Below, in pieces: positions 55,910-64,000 of a DNA stretch of 64,000 bases. Every line of letters starts with the position of its first letter. Position 1 is the stretch's first letter. Under the pieces are notes generated by a model, which saw only the letters and a list, made by a program, of their open reading frames with translations, was not told the origin of the DNA and did no database searches. The stretch comes from Corallochytrium limacisporum Hawaii. Lineage: Eukaryota > Protista > Pluriformea. Location: assembly GCA_002811645.1 (NCBI GenBank), contig PDIP01000087.1, positions 75,678-139,677 of the forward strand, given 5' to 3'. A program made the translations under genes and the position numbers.

Positions 55910-58160
55910 CTTGGTCCACTATCCTTTTGCTGTGTGTCAGCCTAGGCTTAATGCTAACAGTCTCTACAGTCTTCACGTCTGGTGCACACAAGTCGTATGC
56001 TTCCTACTGCGCCAGTCTGGCCAAAAAGCCACCGATCATCAAAGTGAGGAATTTCTGGACATGTGCATGCATGCCAGAACTCCTGTGTGTCAGGTAGTAG
56101 GGTTGTAGAGAGAAACGGACAAGAAAGGGACAGCAAGCCTGGTAGAGACAAAAACGTGTGTTCCACTCGGAGTAAACGGCAATATGACCCATCCGGACCG
56201 CTAGTTGATCGCCTGAAACCGATTGGAACAGGCTAAACAGGGGCCCTGCAAATACACAATTTCCGAAGGCCACTCCACAGTACGAAACTTACGCCTGGCT
56301 CTCTTGGGGGTTCGGCTACGCATCAGATTAGGATCTAGGCCCACCCAAATTGGACCCCCCCGGGGGGGGCCAGGGAGTGAGAATACAAGACCTTTGGGGG
56401 AACACTGGCAAGGCGATCTTGCAGCAAACACTTTCCCCTGTCAAAGAGATAGCAAAATGTCCCGTGGTCCACAGTTTGTTGCGATGAATGGGAATGTGAA
56501 CGGGAACGGCCAAGTGGCAGGAAAGATGGGGTGCCACCAGTGGAGGCAGAAGAGTTCAGGATCGTGATTCACTGCGGCACCATAGGGGCGCCTGAAGGCC
56601 GCCTTTGTAGGTACTACGGTGTTGGGTGATAAAGAGATGAAAGAATGATCCTGCACGTTGACAATTGGAATCGTGGGTGAGACGATGGCGCAGTTAAGCA
56701 GAATTTAAGACAACAAGAGAGCACGGGTACTGCGCGAGCGACACGGCTACCCTAGCCCACTGACCGAAAACAACGCGGTGGCCGAGCAGTCAAGGTACCG
56801 ATACACACATGCAAAGCGCTATCAATCGAAACAGAGACAATCCAAACCCGAGATGGAGCCAAGAAAGGGCAAACTGAGAGACTAAGAATCATGTCATTAA
56901 CTAGTGATAAAATGTATAAATCTATATGTATGTATAGAATCCCATAATAACAGAGCGTTGCTGACAAATGCAGTCAGTGTTCGGGGTTGATAGCAGCAGG
57001 CATTTGGGGAGCCGCCACGGTGTCCGAACCGGGTGGGGGATGCTCTGGTGGCATGAGATAAACTGTACGGCCTGCACATGTAATATACAAAAAAAAAAAC
57101 CTCCCCACCTAACACTTGGGGAGCACTATCGTACCTCAGGAAAGATAAGCAGAGATGGGGAGCCGTGATTCTGGGCGTTGCGGGGTAGGGGCAGGGCTGC
57201 TTGCATTCTCCCCCCTACTACACTATAGGGCACGGGCCAAGGGTTTCAAAAAACAAAACCTTGGAATTTTTCGCCTGGACATTGTTCATCGGGGGAATGT
57301 ATTAACTGTCAATATCTCATCATCCCGTACGATAGACAAGCCACCATAGAGAACCATGCCCACTGCGGTACCCGAGAACCGAGAGTGCAGCGAGACTTGT
57401 CAAGAGACCCAGACTAAAGCGGGCACAGTGTGGCTTTTTTTTTGTTGCAGGGCAGGTGTCGTTCCCTTGTATGGGCGGCTGGCGAGATAGAGGTCCACAA
57501 GGCTGTCTTCAACCATTGGAATTTTCTCTCTTCAGGCTGTCGCTTTTACACACATTCCTAGTACGCGAATACTTGAGGACACGTATGGTTCAGCTGATGC
57601 ATTCCACCATCATGCATGAGGCGATCAGTGATCATCGGGCGGACCGAAGTGAAACCGGTACCACCCCGCTTCCCCTTCCCTGGGCAGGTGGCCGGTCATG
57701 GCTTTTAAGCCCAGTTTGTTCCTAGAAAACCCTAAAACCCCACTCCGAGGATCTGCTTCTGGCCGTGCCGATACCATGAATCCCCCTCTCTATTGTCGGA
57801 CCAATTAAGCCTTGGTCCGTTCGTCGACGACTGGCTTTTACCCAGTGCTGAGAAAGGGAATGTACAGAGTATCATCTCACCAATCCCCAATATTTTTAAC
57901 TTACTAAAGATCTCAATGGGTGAACATCTTCGTAACCAATGTCAATGCATTGTGGTTCGAAAGCATATGTGGATCGGACCTTGGAGGCCGACTACCCTAT
58001 CGTTTCCAATAATGGTGGCCTGTGGTTTCATACGGCTTTTTGTGTAGGACCAAAGGACTACCCCAATTGTTTCAACATGCCCTGAACTCATTGAACAAAA
58101 CCTTCTATTTCTATCATCAGCCACATCACCGAAATAATCGACATCAGTATCACACACCAC

Positions 58161-58187
58161 CATCATCATCATCATCATCATCATCAT
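58161..58187. repeat. (CAT)9 microsatellite
   Basis: Read directly from the sequence. Confidence 0.95.
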
Positions 58188-59336
58188 CACCAAGCATCTT
58201 GTCCCAAATCGTACTGGCGGGGTGCAATCTAGGCGCATGGCTAACAGTGGCTCAGCTAGCTTATGGAGTCTTGTTACCGGGCTGTCTGTTTAGGAAACAA
58301 TCTATTAACGAAATCATTAGATGCCTGCCATGCGTCATCTGTGAACACATCAACATGGACACTGTGATCTCTTGCCATCATCTTTGCCTCGTCGTATGCA
58401 TTGGCTATGGTGAGGAGTTTGCTGTTTGCTGCAAGTTAGACTCTTCGGTAGATTTGGCACTGATTCACGTTTGCAGTCTAGCGTGGAACCCGTATCTTGG
58501 TGGGTCTAAGGTCTGAACTAGACAAAGAAACAAGCTAACCCTAACCCACCAATTTCGAATGCATAGTCCTACGAAACCGCAGGGGCACAAACAATGGGCT
58601 GCGCAACGACCGAAGACAATATCCCGCCTTATTGCTCCGCAGCAAAAATCACCTTCCTTGGTGGTGCGCATTCGGACTCTAAAACGGTAGCGGCCACAAC
58701 ATCTATTAAGGAGAGGTTGACAAACTACAAAAGCAGCCAGAGAGCGTCTACAACCCAACTGCAAACCACCACGCTGAAAAGGCATGGTACTCCAATTCTG
58801 ATGGCGCTTCTTCGTCTCGATGGTAAGATCATATTTAATTGTATCATCTCAGTTGGAAGATATTATCTCAGTTGTGTTGATGCTCCATAAAGCTAAAGGC
58901 CAGAGATCGACCAGTGCAAGATGTACGGAGATGCAGGGGCAAGCAAAGGATCGCAGACCAGCTATATATGCAGACCAACGATTTAAGACCAAAATCGGAC
59001 GTCCTGATTATGTCAAACAGTAGTGGAAGGGGTGACCAAGCTTGATTAGTCAACCCGCAAGATTCCTGAGTTGCAGGAGTGTAGATAGTGCTGTTCACGA
59101 TACACCATGAAGAGGATTCATATCGTTGAACATTGTGATCTCTGGGGAGCATATTAGTTTCGGCAATCTCTTGACCTTCCCCGCCTATAGAGCGCCGCGG
59201 CGGTGCAGAGACGGAGACACTCACAGAGACAGCCTCGGAGAGATCACAGAGGGACGGCGAGCCAGGGGCGGCGGTGATAAGGTGAAAGTTGGGGGGGGGG
59301 GAATTAGTGAGAACGAGAGAGAGAGAGAGAGTGCAG

Positions 59337-59340
<4 letters not shown>

Positions 59341-59379
<39 letters not shown>

Positions 59380-59450
59380 TGTGTGTGTGTGTGAGTGTGT
59401 GTGTGTGTGTGTGTGAGTGTGTGTGTGTGAGTGTGTGTGTGTGTGTGTGT
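59341..59450. repeat. Interrupted (GT)n microsatellite, ~110 bp
   Basis: Read directly from the sequence. Confidence 0.95.
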
Positions 59451-59865
59451 GGGAGGTGGGGGGGGTGGAGACTGCCCACGGGCAACAAGTCCGTTCGAAG
59501 CCAACCCCACCGAAGCAATTTGGAACAAGCGGATAGGTTTGAGCGTAAAGAGACATTCTGCCAAACCCTGCGAGATTCAGGGGAAAGGAATAGGGCGCGC
59601 GCACCCCGGTCTCCAATTTGGGGGAAAAAGGGGGAAAAGGAGGGTTTCAGAGGACGAACCGGCAGTCAGCGCAGCATGCCGCAACAATGTATGTATCTGC
59701 CTGATGAACAATCACATATATCTTTGGCTCTTTAAAATTGCGTGTGATTGATGTAGCTGGCTCTTTATATGGAAGAATCTTTGAGCAAGCCTGAATTTGG
59801 GGATGTGAAGGACGCAGACGGTACTACGAGAAGAGGACAATCAACGTGGGGAGTGTTCGAAGGTT

Positions 59866-59960
59866 CAGCTATTTATTGGAAAGAGATTTGATGAAGACGA
59901 ACTGAAGCACAACAAAATCAAACAGATTGAAAGCCATTTTTGAGAAGCAAATACACGATC
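59866..59960 (+). promoter_or_regulatory. Conserved TATA-like/5'UTR cassette, copy 2
   Basis: CAGCTATTTATTGGAAAGAGA...GATGAAGAC versus CAGGTATTTATTGGAAGGAGA...GATGAAGAC upstream of 63155. Confidence 0.7.
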
Positions 59961-60748
59961 ATGAAGTTCTTTGGAGAAGCACTGTTTCTGATGGCTGCCA
60001 TGAGCAGCCTTTTGGACGCCGTGCAGGCCATGCCCGTTCGACACCGTCGGGAGGCCGACAGCCTTGCTGGAACCAACCTCAACCAGATCGAGATAATTGA
60101 CGGCAGTGAATCCGAAATTGATACCATCATCCGAAATCATGCTGCTGTTGGACGTACTCCTGCCAGTGAAAGGGGCCCTTTGCCTCGCTCAGGCAGCCCC
60201 CGCCTTGATGATCCCCGAGGCCCAGCCGTCGTTGGCCTTGCCGGCATTGAAGACCCCGCCGATGCCGCACGTCTTCTGGCTNNNNNNNNNNNNNNNNNNN
60301 NNNNNNNNNNNNNNNNNNNNNCCCCCGTCTTGCGGATAGAGGTCCAGCCGTCGTTGGCCTTGCCGGCATTGACGACTCCGCCGATTCTTCCAGGCGCACT
60401 AAGTCTCGCTCCGCCGCCCCCCGCCTTGAGCCTACAAGTCCCCCTCCCGTCGTTGGCCTTGCCGGCATTGAAGACCCCGCCGATGCCGCACGTCTTCTGG
60501 CTCGCCGTGATTCTCCTAGGGTAGGTGGTATCCCTGCCCGTGAAGATGATACCCCAGGCCCAGCCGTCGTTGGCATTGCCAGCATTGACCCCCGCGGCCC
60601 CCGTCTTGCGGATAGAGGTCCAGCCGTCGTTGGCCTTGCCGGCATTGACGACTCCGCCGATTCTTCCAGACGCCGTAAGTCTCGCTACCGCGGCTCCCGC
60701 CTTGATGCTACACGCCCCGCACCCGCCGTTGGCCTTGCCAACAATTGA
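59961..60748 (+). CDS. Secreted multi-repeat peptide precursor, family member 2 (spans the gap at 60282-60321)
   Basis: Signal MKFFGEALFLMAAMSSLLDAVQA, then RHRR-EA, then at least six VG(L/I)A(G/S/N) cores. After the gap the repeats continue in the frame starting 60323 (PRLADRGPAVVGLAGIDD...) to TGA at 60746-60748; the ORF track shows the wrong frame there. Confidence 0.75.
60217..60745 (+). repeat. Coding tandem repeats (GTCGTTGGCCTTGCCGGCATTGA core) with a 276-nt higher-order unit
   Basis: CCCCGTCTTGCGGATAGAGGTCCAGCC recurs at 60323 and 60599. Confidence 0.9.
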
Positions 60749-61494
60749 AGAATCTGCCGACAGCGATCGCCTCCCTGGATTCTCGGCCGGGTCAGTGACA
60801 CTCTAGCTGGCGACCCTAAGCCACGTCCCCTTAGTCTGTCTGTGCTTATACCAAAAAGACCCTTGCCCCCTTCCTGGAGGCTCGCGTTCTCTAAACTGTT
60901 AGCCCCTGGTCCGGGGTCGCTACCATTGATTCCAATAAGTTGCCCCATCTATTTGTTTGTACAGTGGCAGCACTTCGTCTAATGCATAAAAAGATAGTAT
61001 GCAAATAAAATGGGTTTTTGATACCACCTACCTAGTAATCAGTGTAAATAACATGCTTAGAATATGATGATTCCGTATCTGAATATGCGCCAGTACGAGG
61101 GAAAGTAACAACCAACGCGCAGAGCTTGAGGGCAAGGCTCGGGATGCAAGTCACTTGCTGGCTTGGCCCGGACCTCAACAAATCGGGGCAAATTACCATT
61201 CCTCAGTTCATGCTGACCATGGAGGCCACATTATTCTCCGGTAACCCAAACACAAGAAGAACCTTGCACACTGGGGAACGGCATCGCTCTGCAACCTACC
61301 TCCAAAAATGATTTTATTTGGGAACAAGCGTCACCTGGAGAGTTTCACCTGTCCGTTGTGGAATACCTGCCACAATATCAGATCCATCCACCATGCGCAG
61401 AAATCATCAATCACCATCAAACTGCATGCCACCAAATGGATAAATCCAGTCACACACACCACCATCCAAAGAGTTTGTAAACCATAGCATTCGA

Positions 61495-62150
61495 TTAGAA
61501 CTTTCTTTGACTAGAGGACAGGGCGCCACTGTCTCTCCTCCCGGAGGCGCGGCCACGCGCGTGTGCAACTAGAGACAAGAGCAGTGACATCACGTTCTCC
61601 AGTCCTGAAGTCTTACTCACAATAGAAAGTACATTGGAAAGTCCATCCAAAACCTTAAACCAGTAACGAGCGGATTTCTGTTCCACAGACGTTAAAGCAA
61701 CCATGTGTCTCTTATCTATCACTTCCGCGAATTCAACTACGCTCCTCTTCCGCCGGCACTGGTTTCAACACTGTCGGTGCATGCCTCAGAAAGTTCCGGA
61801 GCCATAACATCAGAATGTGGCTCTGGTCACAAGGGACAACGTAGAAATCACCAGTGAAGTTTGCTGGCATCGACCATTCTGAGTGTTCGAACGGAACATG
61901 AAGCAAATCAGACTGACGCATCACCTCAATGGTGTCCGCCTCCACGGCGAAGTCATATCTCCCTAGAAACCAAAGACCGCAAGACGGGATTGAGGGACAA
62001 AGTTTCGCCACCAAGCGCTGACCCCATAAAATACAACCTACTCATTGTTCTCTGTCGGATCACGACGCCCGGGGCCCCCGAGGGCGTACTTCAAAAAGAA
62101 CGAGTTCAACTTCAAAAAGAAATCCAAATGAGGACCCGTTGTACGTAAAA
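61495..62150 (-). pseudogene. Fragmented unidentified coding-like sequence convergent with secreted gene 2
   Basis: Consecutive protein-like ORF pieces (62038 onward, 61733-62014, 61495-61722) broken by stops and frame changes. Confidence 0.3.
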
Positions 62151-62460
62151 TCACTGCTCCATGTTGTTGATAGTGGTGCCGTCGTGATGCTGGCAAAAAA
62201 TGCTTTGCTGAAAATACAAAGCTGTCCACCGGATGTCCAGCCCCCACCCGCCCTCCCTCTGATATGGCGGAGACGGTATTCAGAACTGAATCCACCACCC
62301 CCGCCTGAGGGGGTGTGACCGCTGGTGGGCCAGGGGACCCACCAAGAACATTTCCCGAGGGTTGGAGGGTGGGGCTGTGTGGAACCTGGGTGAGTTGGAG
62401 GTTGTGCGTGTAATTTTCCTTACTGTCGCAGCAAGTATTGTCGCTGGGGGCGTTGGGGAG

Positions 62461-62734
62461 NNNNNNNNNNNNNNNNNNNNNNNNNNNNNNNNNNNNNNNN
62501 NNNNNNNNNNNNNNNNNNNNNNNNNNNNNNNNNNNNNNNNNNNNNNNNNNNNNNNNNNNNNNNNNNNNNNNNNNNNNNNNNNNNNNNNNNNNNNNNNNNN
62601 NNNNNNNNNNNNNNNNNNNNNNNNNNNNNNNNNNNNNNNNNNNNNNNNNNNNNNNNNNNNNNNNNNNNNNNNNNNNNNNNNNNNNNNNNNNNNNNNNNNN
62701 NNNNNNNNNNNNNNNNNNNNNNNNNNNNNNNNNN
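62461..62734. other. Assembly gap
   Basis: N run flanked by G tracts. Confidence 0.99.
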
Positions 62735-63051
62735 GGGGGTGGGTCCGGACAATAATGCCGCGTTAGGCATTTGTGTGCAGACGGACCCCGAGCGTCCCAT
62801 TCTCCCCCGCCATCTACAGCCCGCAACTACCCAAAAGTCCGTACGCGCGTGAGGGACAAGGGCGTATGGAATAGCCGCTGGGAACGGATGGCAGGACTGG
62901 GGGATGATCACGGCGAAGATAGAAGCGTCCCTGTTGGTTAATGTGTCGAGCATCACCTAATTGTGCACACTTACGGCCAAGCCTTCGGTGGAATAGAGGC
63001 TGAGCAGCATCTGTCAATCACAAAACTGGCAGCTTTGAAGGTCCGAGTGCT

Positions 63052-63154
63052 CAGGTATTTATTGGAAGGAGAGGATCAGATGAAGACCAGAGCACAGATC
63101 AAGACACAAGGTGATTTGAAGACATACTCAGCCCTTTAACTTAAACTCTCAAAC
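63052..63154 (+). promoter_or_regulatory. Conserved TATA-like/5'UTR cassette, copy 3
   Basis: CAGGTATTTATTGGAAGGAGAGGATCAGATGAAGAC...ACAGATCAA; shares blocks with both other copies. Confidence 0.7.
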
Positions 63155-63694
63155 ATGAAAATCGTTGGCGAAGCTCTGCTCCTCCTGGCTGGTATTAGTA
63201 GCATGTGGGACATTGTCCAGGCCATGCCGAGCGAGAACAGTGAGGAGATTGGCTCCGAGGTGAATCTTGAGGCTGCGGGCGACGTTGTCCAAGCAAGTTG
63301 CACGAGCTATACTTACGAATTGGTAACGAGCACATGCATGACGAAACTTCCCTGTTCGCCTTACAAATGGACTAGCCGAGTGTCCTTGGGAGTTGGTCAG
63401 ATCACATCCCAGGGTCCGTTTGTCGACAAGCAGGGCAGTGGTTGCACCACGATTCACGAGTTTGCCCAAAATGAACTGAAAATGACGTACACTCCCAGTT
63501 CGTCTAATGGAAAAGTTCCTCTCATGGGCCAGGCGGTGTTCGTCCAAGGTCAATCGATCCCTCCCATTGACAATAGGCACATGGAAATGAACACCCCTAA
63601 TCTAACACCCGGACAAATTACCTATGACACGGCCGATTTTAAAGGAGCAGATGATTGGTTGTGTATGAACGAGTACAAAATTTCATGTTTGTAG
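63155..63694 (+). CDS. Secreted 6-cysteine protein, family member 3
   Basis: Signal MKIVGEALLLLAGISSMWDIVQA, acidic spacer, then a ~135-aa beta-rich domain with six Cys; clean ATG context (AAACATG). Confidence 0.82.
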   Translation: MKIVGEALLLLAGISSMWDIVQAMPSENSEEIGSEVNLEAAGDVVQASCTSYTYELVTSTCMTKLPCSPYKWTSRVSLGVGQITSQGPFVDKQGSGCTTIHEFAQNELKMTYTPSSSNGKVPLMGQAVFVQGQSIPPIDNRHMEMNTPNLTPGQITYDTADFKGADDWLCMNEYKISCL

Positions 63695-64000
63695 ACTTTG
63701 AGGGTGCCACCATACCCATTCTTTAGACGCCAACTCATGCACCTGGTTAGCGACCTTATTGTAACGGCTGTGAGCATCTACCCGCTTGTTCATCCGATAG
63801 GAATGCTTCATGCCTGCAAAGATCTATGCTTTCCGCTCGCGTACAGCTGGTCGAACCTTGAGGAGCGTATTTTTGATTCCACTACGAAATATTAAAACCA
63901 ATTACCGTATTTGATACCAACCTCTGCCCCATAAGTTAAGGAGGAATTTAGGTTTATAGGGTCGCAACCTTCTTTGAATCAAATAAATCTTATCACATTT

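Noticed and set aside
56684-56750. TGGCGCAGTT resembling a tRNA A box
   Set aside because: No B box (GTTCRA) and no cloverleaf follow
60322-60806. ORF-track translations with QPSLALPAL repeats
   Set aside because: An alternative frame caused by the estimated gap length; the pre-gap sequence fixes the PAVVGLAGI frame

Overview
Compact, almost intron-free eukaryotic genomic DNA with six N gaps. The gene content (Vav-like RhoGEF, ANKRD16, PITPNC1, fused beta-alpha nitrile hydratase, alternative oxidase, chorismate mutase) suggests a unicellular holozoan/opisthokont such as a Corallochytrium-like organism; this is inference. Bases 1-52.6 kb hold about 21 mostly single-exon genes separated by intergenic DNA rich in G/C homopolymers. 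The only clear spliceosomal intron is in NOP58 (17898-18346, minus strand). It contains a box C/D snoRNA whose guide matches the 18S site modified by human SNORD70, which is itself hosted in NOP58. From about 52.7 kb to the end the region is gene-poor and accessory-like. It carries three secreted-protein genes (54432, 59961, 63155) that share a homologous TATA/5'UTR/signal-peptide cassette (MKxxGExL...SSxxxxVQA) but have different payloads: a multi-core, dibasic-site-separated peptide precursor; a related short precursor ending in RK-CCPIGCCFCC; and a 6-Cys globular protein. This family is the best candidate for an undescribed system. All family assignments come from motif recognition by eye; no searches were run.
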